Origin: Moniliella sp. 'wahieum'
Lineage: Eukaryota
DNA length: 64,000 nt
Direction of reading: 5' to 3'
Assembly: GCA_003971905.1 (NCBI GenBank)
Contig: RSEE01000034.1
Span: forward strand, 1-64,000
The notes below the pieces were generated by a model that was not told the DNA's origin, ran no database searches, and worked only from the letters and a program-made list of their open reading frames with translations. This document shows positions 48,451-64,000 of this stretch, piece by piece. Positions within the stretch are counted from its first letter, which is position 1. Every line of letters begins with the position of its first letter. The position numbers and the translations under genes are program-made.

Positions 48451-49708
48451 CATTACAGGAGATCAGGGTGACGTTGGACCAGTGGCTGACCCTCTGTCCC
48501 TCTGACCCTCTGACCGGCTGACCGGCTGACCGTTGCCCAACGTCCAACAGCCTTCGCAGGCCACTGCTTTTCTCTCCGACCTCATCGTTCATCGTTCATC
48601 CCTATCGCCATCTCGGGTTGGTACCACCTAAGGCCTAAGGCCTATAGCCATGCTCCGCGCCCTTTCGGAACCGAGCCTCAGCACCATGCACCATGCACCA
48701 TGCACCTTCCATCACCGGTATCATATATCACCTGAAAGAGAGTTACCTCGAGGGCGGCAGGTTCCCGGTCATCTGACCTGAAGATGAGAGATCGATTCGA
48801 TGAGAGGAGCGGATATACTTTTTTGGTTTTGTTTCGCCATCATACGTCGGGGGGGACTATTGAGTGCTGATACACTATGCGGCCGAAGCGCTGACAGTGC
48901 AGACACAAAGGTGTACATGTGCACCGTATAACACGCCTTGGCCTCTCGACTGTTCTTTGCCCCCGCGGATCGATGCGCCGGGCGGGGGGGGGAGGTGTAG
49001 GCGCCTATACTAATCTACCGCTGTCCTCCGACAGGCTTCACTGAGTATTACTGACGCGCGACGCTCCCACGTCCCACGTCCCATGTCCCACGTCACGTGG
49101 CACACGTGACGTGCCACGTAGCCCCGTGGAGCGACAGGCGCCGAATGCAACACTTGAATCTCAAAGCTTGGAAGCTTGAAGCTAGCTTGAAGCTTGAAGT
49201 TTGACCCTGAGAGACTCAAGGCACTGACTGGGTCAAGGTACTGTCGGATTGAGGTAGTGACGATCCCTGGCAGCTAGCTGGCTTGCCCCACCCAAGCCGA
49301 CCTGTCCAAGCCGCTGCCCACCCCCTATTTCTGCTCTGACACGTACGTGGGCGTCAGGCATCAGGGCGTCGGACGTCTGGCCTGACCTCAGGGGCGCGGG
49401 CGAGGGCGAGGGCGAGACGTTCTGTGCTAGTTTAACCCTCACCATCCACGAGTCCTTAGTCCCTAGTCGCTAGTCCCTTGCCGCGTTCACTGATGTATAT
49501 ATGCTCCATTCCTCCATCCACACAGCGCATGCAATAGGTCGGCCCAGGGGGAAAGAGATGGTCGATGGTCGATGGTCGATGGTCGATGGCGCGGGCAGAC
49601 TGGTATCCACAACAGGGGCCGGATGTCCACCGTGGGCAACTCGCAGGTGGCAACTGGCAGTGGGGCAGCTCGTAGCTCCTAACTCGTAGCTCGTACCTCC
49701 GTAGCTTG

Positions 49709-52533
<2,825 letters not shown>

Positions 52534-52969
52534 GGCTAGTGGCTCGGGGTGCAGGCGTGGGGGGTAGGTGGCTGTCCAGCCGGGGGGGTCGTTAACGGTT
52601 AATGGTTCAGCCGGTGGGGCGCGGGGCGGAATGGGCTGGTGTGGTTCCGCCGCAGCGGGCGTGGTGCCACGTGCCACGTGCCACCTGGCAGTGGACGCGC
52701 AGCGTGGCAGCGGTCGTCGCCGGCTGGGTTTTGGGTTGGGTTGGCGCAGCGCTGCCACCACCGCGCCGCCCGTCTGGCTCGATGCACCCGTCCTACCCGC
52801 TCCCGCCGCCGTCGGGGCAGCCGCAGCAGCCGGCCGTGCCTGGCGCTGCTCCCGCCACCAACGTGCCCGGGGCGGCTGTGCCTGTGCCTGTGCCCGTGGC
52901 CGCGGCTGTGCCTGTGCCTGCGCCCGGCCGCCGCCCAAGTCAACCCGCACGCGCAAGCGTCCCGAGCCC

Positions 52970-54798
52970 ATGTCTGCCGCCGAGACGCGCCGGAACGAGG
53001 CGCTGGCACTCGAGCGACGCGTGACGCAGGCCGTGCTGGTGTATTGCCAGAGCGGGACCAAACCTCCATGCGTTCCTTGGCCAAGCAATTCGACGTGCCA
53101 CGCGAGCGCCTGCGCAACCGCCTCCGTGGTCGTCCCTCGCGCCTCGACCGCGACGACGATCATGCCGCCCAGGCTGGCGCCCAAGCTTCCGGCCACTTTC
53201 CCGGTGGCTTTTCCGGCGAGGCCATCCGTCGCTCGATGAATCTTTATGCCAAATCTGCCTCCCAGCTCGCGGAGCAAGCAACGTCAAGCCGCCGACGCTG
53301 TCGAGGTGCGGATGCGCCAGGCCGTTGCTGCCTACAAGGAGGCGTATGAGGCCGCTCAAGCGGAGGATGCCCGACGCCAAGCTCTCCTCCTGGACGAAGC
53401 GGGCGCCTCCAATGGTGGCGCGACGACGACGGCTGCCTCGGCCTCTCAGAGAGAGGGCAGTGTTTCTTCTTCGGATGTCGTTGGTCCTAACGGTCTCAAG
53501 GCAATCAGCATGCGTGCAATTGCTAAACAGTTCAATGTCCCTCGCGAACGGTTGCGACGGCGCCTCCATGGCCACCCTTCGCGTGCGGACCGTGCCAGTC
53601 GCAACTTCAAGTTGTCCGAAGCATACGAGAGTGTGCTACTGACGTATCTGACGGAGCTTGATGCGATCGGTACGTCGCCCCAGCCGCAACTAGTGGCCCA
53701 AGCGGCCAACGACCTTCTGGCAAGACCAACCTTCTTCCGAATCCACGTCCGTCCCCCAGTGTTGGAGCCAGTTGGGCCGTCAACTTTATCCGCAAGAAGC
53801 GTCCTCCCGAGCAGGACAAGACGCCAATCCAAGCAGCCGAACACTTTTTCCGTCGAATCGCCTCCGTTCTCGCTTCCCACCCTTCTATGACTCCGGACGA
53901 CCTATGGCGTGCATCTGCGCGCGTCTTCCACGTCTCTCCTGGGACCCTTTCCGTCTGACTGAGGCAACTCCCAACCCTGGGCAGCAACAAGGACGTCCTA
54001 CCCCTCCGCACCCGTCACACCGTCAAGTATGCATTTCCCGCCTCTGGGTGAAACCGACTTTTACGTGACCGTGATCGACGCAGTGAACGCGTCGGGGACG
54101 GCCATCCCGCCCGTTGTTGTTGTGCCGCCTTGGCTTGTGGGGCAAGGGCGGCAGGGGGATTCGGAAAGTCGAGTAACCGATGTCGGTCGACACTTGGGTT
54201 CTTCCTTGCGCCCAACGCGATTGTTATCGCCTCGTCGTCCGCGGGCAACGTGCAAGAAGAAGCGTTGTTGCCAGCTGTTTGGTTTGCCCATTTTGCTCAT
54301 TTCTCTTCGCGTCATGCATTGGGAGGCAACCAGACCGGCCCGCACCACCGTCTACTACTCCTTTCGCTTCCCTCGTGGTTTTCTCATCCGTTTGTCACGC
54401 TAGCATCGGAGAACGGGGTAAGTCTCGCGTTCTCACCTGCTTGGCTCGGGTACGCTCTGGACCCATTAGATGCGACTGTGCTCGCGCGTTCGCGCACGTC
54501 GAGTGGGGTAGAATCTTCGCTCAGCTCGGAACTTCCGCTGGTCCGAGGCTCAGGATGGTACGGTGGGAATCTCGAGGTGAGTTATCGGTTTGAGCAGACC
54601 ATGCCACACGCGAATAAACTTGTTCTGGCACTACGTGGACCTTGGATGGACCTTTTTGCCCATCCCAACCTGCTCCGCACAGCTTTTGCTACCGCTCACC
54701 TTGCTCCCTTCCGACCTGACCCGGGTGTGGCCACAGTGCGCGCCCGCGAAGAACTCGCTTCGCCAAACCAAGAGTATCCTTACTACCCCAACGCGTGA
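52970..54798 (+). CDS. Pogo/Fot1 transposase-derived (CENP-B-like) protein with two psq-type HTH units, a Tc5-type HTH and a degenerate DDE domain
   Basis: SMRSLAKQFDVPRERLRNRLRG and SMRAIAKQFNVPRERLRRRLHG; KLSEAYESVLLTYL...AANDLLA...VGASWAVNFIRK; VTVIDAVNASGTAIPP; RLLLL...ENGVSL...LDPLD. Confidence 0.8.
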
Positions 54799-56646
54799 TG
54801 ACGTGCCCCGGCCGCTCGTGCTCAGATCCAGCAGGGCTCCCAGATCCAGGGCCCTTACCTCCCCTTTTTGGATCGGATGTTGGCCCAGCCGCCTAGTACG
54901 TGAGGCGTGAGGCCTGAGGCGTGAGCGCGGGAGGCGGGTGCCAGACGATTGGACGCCTAGTACCGGATCGCAGTACCGCCCTCGGTCTGTGGCAGCTTCT
55001 TAACCCGCGGTGCATGGCCAACGTGACCAAGGGCGCACGATTTTTTTTTGGCTCGGCCGCAGATCTAGATCTTCGGACTGAGAACAAGCGAACGCGAACT
55101 ACTTCTAGAATAACTGATTGCATATTTTGTTTCCCCTCAGGCCTCAGACCTCAGGCCTTGCGTGGTGCGATTGATAGGTTGATAGGTGCGGTCAACGAGC
55201 GTCGATGGCAAAGGCAGGTGGCGACCGTTCTGTACCAACATGTATGTCAACAGAGATATCTGTACAGGCGAGCACGGCAGCGATGAGATGACCGATGATC
55301 GATGACAGGGATACAGCAGGAGCACGCCGGATACTATTCTCGAACGTCGGCGCGTCTTTTTCTGCAGATCCGGGCGATCTCGATGATCGATGAGAGATCT
55401 GAGATGATCGATTGATCGATGAGGATGTATATGTTTTTGAATGGGGGGGGGGGGGTATAGGCAGTTGGTGCATTGGAGGCGGTCGGTGATGAATTGTTCG
55501 TGTGCGCGCTCAGTGTACGGCTACGTCCCTGCGATATTCTCTCCTCCATGTTCTCGCCGAAGAATGCTCCCTATACTTTCGTTTGCTTATCAAGGACTGC
55601 CCCCCCCCGCAAACGTTTTCCGTAATAGGAGTAGGAATAGGAGTTTTCTGCGGCCTCATCATCATGACGTTTTTTGCCATCTGGGTGCGCATTACTATCT
55701 TTGGCGAGGACGTGGATGGATCGGAAGAATAGGTGGGATGCATGGCAAACACAAATAGCTGTAACGATCGGGATTATCGATTATCGATCAGGTCGATCAG
55801 GGTCAGTAGGGTAGGGGATTGGATGTGAAATGTGAAACGGAGGCATCAGTACTCGAGCTAGTACTCAGTCCTACTGAACCTACTTGGAGCTTAGGCGAGG
55901 CTGGGATCTGACGCGTGTGGTGTTGTACGGGAGAGACGCGTGGGGAAGGCGCAGGCGCAGTACTGAGTGCATTGTGGGCAGGGGCGAATGTTGAGCCAGA
56001 GTCGACGCGAACTGGCAGGCCGGCTCGTTCGGTTAGTCGTGCGTGGCTGTACGGCGTGAGTGGGTAGTGCGCGATATGCCCGAGTGCGGCGTGGTGCGGG
56101 TGGGTGGCGTGGGTGTGTGATGGATGAGCGCAGAAAGTACCTGAGTACACTGGTATTGCTAGTTACTGAGTACAGCGTGGCGGGGCGACGTCTGGCGAGG
56201 TGTGAGATGTGCGATCTGAGCGCAGCGGCCGGCACTACCTAGGTACTCTGGCTGGGATGCCTGGGGTAGCCAGTAGCCAGTAGCCCGCTGGAGCAGGCGG
56301 GAGCAGGCTGGAGCCGCGTGTTACAGGTTGGCGTCACCCACAACTGCGTCCGGCCGATCACGCTGGGCAGCGTGCTCAGCGTGCTGGCGGAGGTGCTGGG
56401 CACGGCCGCACGCACTGGCAGCACCATCGCACCATCCGCCTAATCCTTCTTTTTTCCCGTCCGTCCTTGTCTGTGTTGGCGGTGGCGCTCCTCTCGTGCT
56501 GCCCCCCTTCTCCTGCGCTTCAGCGCCGCGCTGCTCCCACCACCTCTTCCTGCGCGCGCGCTTCCTCCTTTGCTGCCCGCGCATGGCCTGCGCCGCGGCC
56601 TCCTCGTCTTCTCCCGCTTCACACGTCCCAGCACACATATCCCCGC

Positions 56647-59600
56647 ATGGCCTCCCCGCCCCCGCCTGCCGCCGCACTTTCTTGGGCTCAGCCTCTGTCG
56701 CCCACACGCTCCCCACTCCCGCCCAGCCCCACGTCCAGCGCCTCTTCCACTACAGCCCACCGTGTTTTGCCTCCCGCATCGGCTGCCTCATCGGCTTCCT
56801 CGTCGACGCGGTCACCCGAGTCCATCCGTGCCCGCCGCCCTCGAGCTCCATCAACACGCCCGATCGGCTCTGACCTCTCTGCCGAGCTGTCGGCCCTCCC
56901 GAACGTCTCCGCAGCATCGCCTTCTGTATCTCGCCAACCCTCGCCTGCCACTTCTGCTTTCTTTGATGCCCGCACCCCCTCGCGGGCGGGAAGACAAAGC
57001 CCTGTTGGCTCTTGGAACGTGAACGTGCCGAGCGAGTACCCGGCCCTAGGGGTTCCTCTACGCCCCATCGCTCGCCGTCCGGCTCGACCCGGAGGCAAGA
57101 TACACCCCTCCTTCTCGATGCACAGGCTCGCGAGCGCTCGTCCCCCCATGGGTCGAACCATCCGCGTGCGAGTAGGTCGCCCACCGCAAACACCCTTCGC
57201 GCCGGTACGGTGGCGGAGACGATTCAGCGCGTGACGAGTCCCAGTCCCAGACGTGAGCGTACAGTACCATCTTCTCCCAGCCGATCAGTCCCTTCCAACT
57301 CCAACTCCAACTCCAACTCCAACTCCAACTCCAACTCCAACTCCAACTCCAACTCCAACTCCAACTCCAACTCCAACTCCACTCCAACTCCAATTCCAAC
57401 TCCAACTCCAATTCCAATTCCAACTCCAACTCCAACTCTAAGTCACTTCCGCCGCCCTCGAGCTCTGTGCGGGCAAGCCCTGCGCCCTCTTCAACGCGCA
57501 ACTTGATTAGCATGTTTGAACAGCAGACAACCTCGAGCTCGGAGCGGACAGTGCACGCGTCTGTTGCGCCACGCCATCGGTCCCCTACCCGGCAACGGGA
57601 CTCGCCCCATTCCTCTCACCTAGCTTCTGAGTATGTTGTGCTCTCTCCCCTGCTTGCTTCTACTAACCACCCTACCTATCTCAGGACTTTGGGACAACGT
57701 GGAACTTCTCGTGTGGCTGCGCCTTCCCTCGATGTGCCGGAAAGACCCCACCCCCTCGTCATTCAGGAGTCGATTCAGCGTAGACCACAAGTCGAGGCAG
57801 GAGGGGCCGACTCGCCCCCCTTACTCTGTGAGGAGACCTGCATCTGACAGAGGCGCTTCCTTCCTACCCTCATCCAATCCTCCCAGCACCCCGCCCGTTC
57901 CACAGAGTACGATGGAGGCTGGCTCAGTCTTGGGCCTACCCCAACTTCCCGAACCAGAAGAGGCAAGAGTAGGCAGCGCTCCTGTGGATGCTGTTGAAAG
58001 AATACCATCGACTCCTGCTGCACCCCGCACCGTTCTTGGTCCCGAGTCGACTCTTGGTGGACCGCAGATGGTGGCAGCGGCAGATCCTCCTCGTGCACCT
58101 CACTCTGTGACGAGCCCTGCATCTGAGCTCGGTGTCACCTTCTTGCCATCATCCGATCGACCCTTTTCCACCCCCGCCGTCCCCCAAATACAATGGAGGC
58201 TGGTTCAACCTTGGGCCTGCCACCGTTACCCGAAAAGTTAGCGAGCTCCCTCAGTCCGCCGATGGCGACGGAGGAAACAGATCGATCATGGGACTGACGA
58301 ATGTACCTACGCACGACCCTCTGTCTCCCGCGATGATTCCAGATATGCGCGCAAGTGCCCTCGCCATGGGACCCAGATTAGGTGATGCATTGATGCAAGG
58401 GGAGTTGCCTCACCCTGGTCTTCGCACCGCTATGGGCCCCAAGCCGAGCACGGGGGCGTCCACGCTCCCAGGCGGGCTGCATTCTGGAAGCAGTAGCAGG
58501 CTTCCTAGCACGACCTACCGTTCCCGCCTCCTGGCAGCGTCTCGGGCCTGCATCATCAGTGGGCATGGAGCATGTGCCCGAAGTTGGAAAGGCCTTGCCA
58601 CGCTTCCCGCCGCGACTCTTGTGGCGGGGTCAACTGTGAGCATCGGCGACCTTCCTCTTGCCGCATTTTCATCGAGTCCGACGTCCTCTGTGGCGGAACC
58701 TGTCGCGTCTCCTTCCTCGGCAATGGGCTTTAGCCATGTTCCTTCTTTTGAGACGCGACCTACTATCGCTGAACATGCTCAGTTTCCAACAGGACGCACC
58801 TCCACTGTCCTTGGACCGCATCGACTCTGGAGACGGCCCATTTACCTGACATGATGAGGGGGCCCACGCCTGCGCCTACCCTTCTCCCGCGGTCGACAAT
58901 AAGTACCAACGACGTACACTTCACGGCTTTTTCAGGACGAGCCTCTTCCGTCGCCGCGCCTGTGTCGGCTCCGGCCTCAGCCATGGGGTTCCGCCATGTC
59001 CCATCCACGTACTGGGTGCATCCTCGTTGGAGGACATGTCTCATCCCCTACCCACGGCTCGCAACGCTCCTCCAGTTCTTTCGCTGCGCCAAAATCGACA
59101 ATCAGCATTAACGATCTTTCTCCCACTGTCTCTTCTCCGCGTCCGCTCCCTGATGCTTCCCCCGTTTCGGCCCCCCCCGTTTCGGCCCCTGCTCGGTCAT
59201 GGGGCTCAGTCCTATTCCGTCTGCAAAGGCGCGGAGTGTCGACCATCGTCCGCAGTACCCCTGGGGGGTGCTTCAACTGTCCTGTGTGCCAGTCCAGGTT
59301 CCGATCTCGATTCTCATGAATCGGAGTCGCCTCGTTGGAATGCCGTTCATTATGGTACCGGCTCGCCGTCAGTTCTAGGCGTTGGGTCCATGGTCAGTTC
59401 ATCCCCTGCGTGCAGTTCAGAACGTCGGGTCGCACCACTGTCGATGCTGGGTGCGACTTCTTTGTTGGGCGCGTCGTCGATATCTGATGCCAACAGGTGG
59501 GGTGCCGACGGTGCTGCTTCGGAATTGCACACGAGACAGGATGCTCCTACGCTGATGGGGGGTGCCTCTCTTCTGACTGAGCCAAAAAGGAAGATGCTGG

Positions 59601-62600
59601 GGCTGTGCATCGTGCCCCACGGCCAGGATCTGCCCCATCAACCGTCTTGGCCGACCTACCTATCGGCGTCTTCCCTCCTACCCGGGCACGCTCGTTTCTC
59701 AGCAGTCTTCCTGGCCGTGCCTCCACATTGGGCATGTCGGAGCTGGAGGAGACATCTCCCCTTGGAGCTTGGCCAGCGGGAGTCGACCATGGTGATGCGT
59801 CTCCGCGTCTGTCCCGTGCGCCCAAGTCGTCCGTTGGCATGTCGATGTTGATGAGCCACGTGAGATCCCGCCTGTTCCCCAGCCTGCATTCCACCCAGGA
59901 CTGCGAGCTTCGCGAGCACTTTCCCCCTTCCCGTCGTTATTGGCGCCTGCCCCACTTCCCGAACCGTCTCGCGTCCTGATGCCGGCGACAGTGACGTCGG
60001 ACGGATCGGATGAGACGGTGAAGCCGGCCCACGTGTCGGTGCTGGGTTCGGCAGGTCCCTCAACTGCAGTGACCATCTCGCCTCAACCCGGTGCCGTACG
60101 ACCCCCATCGCGAGTATCTGAGGCATTAGGAAGCGACGGTGACATGGGCAGTTGGCGCCACACCGGTACCTCCTCTGTTCCCACCACTTTGGGCCCTGAG
60201 ACGGTTATGGACCATCCGCGCCATGTAGCCCAGTCCGTCGAGCCCGTGGCCCTGGAACCTGAATCTGCTTCTCGCGCTCCTGCGCACGCCGATTATCGAT
60301 CGGTCGCCCTCTCGGACGCACGACCACAGGCCGCTGCATCACTGGGGAGAGCCGATCTGCTGCCCTACCACCGCCCTCGACCCTCTACCGTACTGCTCCG
60401 TTGCAACCGAGGACCTCCTTGGCAGAGAGAGAGATCGGTGTCAATCAGCCCAGCGTCCACCCTAGGCGACCGTGGGGTGAGTGTTGCAGCACCTTCGATC
60501 CCCCCCGCCCCATACGCTCCGTCGGTCCGGGCGGAAGGCTCACCCCCCGCGGACGCGGGAGCGACAGTCGAAATTGCCCAACCTGTCGTGGCCACCGACT
60601 TTGGTGCGGCTGACCCGCTTCCGGGGCACCCTCCTGTGATGGACCTGGGCTCTGCAGGTCATTCAGCTCGTCGGCCCCTATCGGGGGAGGTAGCTCAACC
60701 CGATCGTGTTGAAGCAAACATGGGGGCTTCATCCTTTTCCCTTCCCGTATCGCACAAGTCCCAACACCCTCCACAACCACAAGAGGATCCTCCAATACAC
60801 TCCCTCCTCTTGGCTTGCAGCGCAACGAGAGTATGCGCAGTGCGGCCTCGACTGACATTTACCCAACGGACAGTGCCAGTCAAGTGGGTTCCCGGTACCG
60901 TGTGCCGCTTAGTGAGCGGTCCAGGATACCGGCCTCCTCTGGCCGCTGGCCCACCGTGCCGGGGTCCCCGTTGGCCACTCTGTGCCCCACGGTGGAGGCG
61001 AACGATGTGCCGTTGCCTCCTTCACACGAGCCGTCGTTGGGCGACCGCGCTACCGAGGCCTCAGCTGCGGTGCACCCCTTGCCTGATCCTCGCGACAGAA
61101 GAGGCGCGTGCCCTCAGCAGTTTCCATCCTGCCCCTCCCGCTTCCGGTCTTGGCAGCCCACCCGTCGCCCGTCAGCATCCTCATGCGCCCTTCAACCTAT
61201 CCGGCTGCTGTCGATCCGAACAGAGAGCACGGAGCGATGTCGGTTTTCGTCCCAGATCCATCTTGTCCCGCCCCCTCCCTCAGACTGCTGCCGGACCATG
61301 GCTACAGGGACCAGTCGGCCTCCCGGTATGCAATCGGCTGTGCCCGAATTGGGCTACAACCCTCCTCCCAGTACCTTCCACACGGCCGTCGCACCCCCCC
61401 AGAGTGGATCCACGCCTTTCGACACCTATAGTGCTTACCACACCGTCCCCGCCGCCCTACGACCATTGCGTCGCATCACATTGCCCCTCCCAGTATCAAC
61501 CCCCGACAGAGGCATCTTGGCAAGAGCGTGATTTGCCGCCTCAGGGCCCGTCCTCTGTACCTGGACCAACAACAGCAACTGGTTTTGCGGATGCACCTGC
61601 GCCACTGTCCACCGCCGATGCAATTGAAGCGGAGCCGCCTCCCACCGCCACGGCCTTACCTCGGCACCATCCCGACCAGTTCGTTGGGGTCTCGATCCAG
61701 GGATCGCGACCTACCCACCTCCACATCAAGCTGGCGAAAATGGGACCCCACGAAGCGTGTTGATGGACCCGGCCAAGTACGTCTCTTCTATAAATACCCA
61801 GTGTTGAGCCTCTTGACTGACAAACTGTCACTCCAGGTCTTTGGTTTCGACTGGCCATGCGACCCCTCCTAGACCTGGGACGGACTCGGTCAGTTGAGCC
61901 CCTACCTTCTGGGACGGTTGGAAATCGTTCGTTACCCCCCGAATCTGTATCGGACACCGATCGGGGGTCGGGTCCATCCGATGAGGCAGAAGAAGGGGGC
62001 ACACAACAGCCCAGCGCCCTCGCGTGCAACGGCGCGGACGTTGCCCCCGCGGACGAAGCGTCGGGTACAGAAGCACGCGAACCTGCGCCTGAGGAATGGT
62101 GGCCACAGACTCTACGTGACCTGGCATCCACGGGCCAGTTCAAGTTGGCGGACGAGATGCCGGAGGAAGATCGGAACCGGTTCTTTGGTACGGCCGACCC
62201 GCATCCTATTGCTTACCTGCCAGGTATGACGCGCCTCCCACAAAGACGCGTGATCTGCCTACAGAAGCGTCCGGTTCTGCCCGTGCACCGGCACCGGCTC
62301 CTGGGACTGATCGTGGGCTCCCGGTGGAGCCAGGCTCCGCTGTCCATCACGTCAGGGAAGTTCGCGGAGCATTCCGCCTCTGAAGCTGGCGCCGGTACGG
62401 ACCCATCAGGCCTGTCTCGTTCCTCTGCTACTTCCGCCAGTCGAGGACGGAAAGGGTGAGGAACCTGATGAACCTCGTGATCTGGATGTCCAGAGTGCCG
62501 ACAAGGCAGAAAGTCCTTCTGACGATGGCGATCAAAACGCAGACGATGCTCCGTACATTGGGACTGCCAAGGAATTTTGGGACGGTCAGGCCGACATCGA

Positions 62601-64000
62601 GCCGGATTCCGACGAAGAAGAGAAAGTTGATGCGACTCCCAGTAAGGTAACATCGCACCAGGAGATCCTTCCTCTCGGGGGATTGCGAACCCCCACACCC
62701 TTCCTCCTGGTTCGGCATCTCATGAGCCAAGCTTGGAACCTGAGGGGTCCGAGGCCCGGTCGGTACCTGGTGCGTCGGTTCAAACAGCAAGCAAGCCAAC
62801 GAAAAAGGAAACTGATCCTCCAGCCACTCTGGCTCCGCCGGCCCACCCCGAAGCCGGGGTCTCAGACTTCGCACCAAGCGAACCTGGGCGAGGGACCGAG
62901 ACGGATTCCCTTGCTGGGGGAGAAGAGCTGGTTCGGATAGGACCGAGACCCACGTTCCCCAGCCCTTGCCCGCTGTGATGGAAGATGATGCTGCGGATGA
63001 GGGTAAAGCGGGGGAAACTGTTGATTCACCCTATTCTTCTCTTTCTGACGAGGCGACGCGGCGTGTTGCCGAGCCTTCTCAGCAGCTGCAAACGGAGGCG
63101 AAACCCTTGATAAAGATATACCTCCGCAGCTGGAGAACGAGGTGAAGATGCGACTGGGAATAGCGTGATTACACCGCCGACGGTTTTGGACAGTTCGCTG
63201 CCTCCAGCTGGTTCCCCCAGCCCAGTTCAAACAGCTGCTCCGATCAAAGCTGCATCCGTGGTCGACAACACATCTTCATTCCATCCAGAACCTGATGCGC
63301 TGGTGGCAAAGCCTTTCTCAACCAAAGTCCCCTCAGAAAGGCTTCCTCGACGAGTGCTCCTTCGACCAAGGCTTCCTCATTCGGGACTTCCTCATCTAAG
63401 GTGTCCTCAGCCACGTCTCCCGCCTCAGAAGCTTCTTCGATCCAGGCCCGATCGGTCCAGGTAGCTTCGGAGGCGAAGGATCTCTCTCAAGCTACGGCTC
63501 GGGCACTGTCTATGATTGCCCCATCTTCCCCTCCATCAAAGAGTGGAGCAATGCCGGTTTCTACGGACTCACGTTCCCCTTTGCACGGCCATTCGAAGTA
63601 ATGCTGGAACGGTCCCAAGCTGATCCTGTATCGGACGTTGTCCATGCTGCCCTGGATACGCCACGTGAGAGTGCGAGACGTTCTGCTGCGGTCGAGGTTG
63701 AAGATATTTCCGAAGCAAGCGGGGCTACTGCTAAGAGCTCGGGTACCGAGAACGGGGACCGACACTTTACTGAGCCAGACCAAGCCGCCATCCCCGACGA
63801 GAAGGATGCACGCTCTGCGGCCCGCCGGTCAGTACGCTCAACTGGCAAAAAAGCAACAAGAGCGGTACGGTGAACTGGTCGGGGCGTTGCAAGAGATGAA
63901 CCACTGGTTGTCCGCCGACGCTCCTCGTCGGGCGGAAGAATGGCGGCGGTTAGGGCAGACCATCACAGACCTCAACCGTGGATTCAGTTCCATGCCAGAC
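56647..64000 (+). CDS. Very long low-complexity Pro/Ser/Ala-rich hypothetical protein; incomplete at the window end
   Basis: Continuous chain of overlapping plus-strand ORFs linked by frameshifts; putative introns near 57630-57684 and 61777-61836; no domain recognised. Confidence 0.5.
57294..57438 (+). repeat. (TCCAAC)n hexamer microsatellite, about 24 units
   Basis: Direct reading; lies inside the putative long CDS (SN or PT dipeptide runs depending on frame). Confidence 0.95.

Overview
Left chromosome end of a GC-rich, intron-poor basidiomycete fungus. An Ustilaginomycotina affinity is my inference from gene structure and protein motifs. The window opens with a short CCCTAA-type telomere tract and about 7 kb of gene-poor subtelomere. 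A near full-length CRE-clade (Cnl1/MoTeR-like) non-LTR retrotransposon follows (~7.06-10.6 kb), then a very young Ty1/copia LTR element (11634-16691, ATGCT target-site duplication) whose gag and pol are separated by a single in-frame TAG. The rest is a compact core-gene region: C2H2 transcription factor, RPS18, VPS18/PEP3, proteasome beta4 (PRE1), YPK1/Gad8 kinase, CaMK, FLILHELTA protein, MPP-alpha (MAS2), CipC-like protein, a GPI-anchored 33-aa-repeat protein, Rab6/YPT6, a candidate domesticated pogo/CENP-B-like gene and a very long Pro/Ser-rich gene running off the end. Almost every conserved gene carries 1-nt frameshifts, most likely long-read indel errors, so CDS ends are approximate. The most striking unexplained signal is an intergenic 'grammar' of period-7 tandem arrays built as (T-N-A + 4-bp palindrome)n, using many different palindromic cores.
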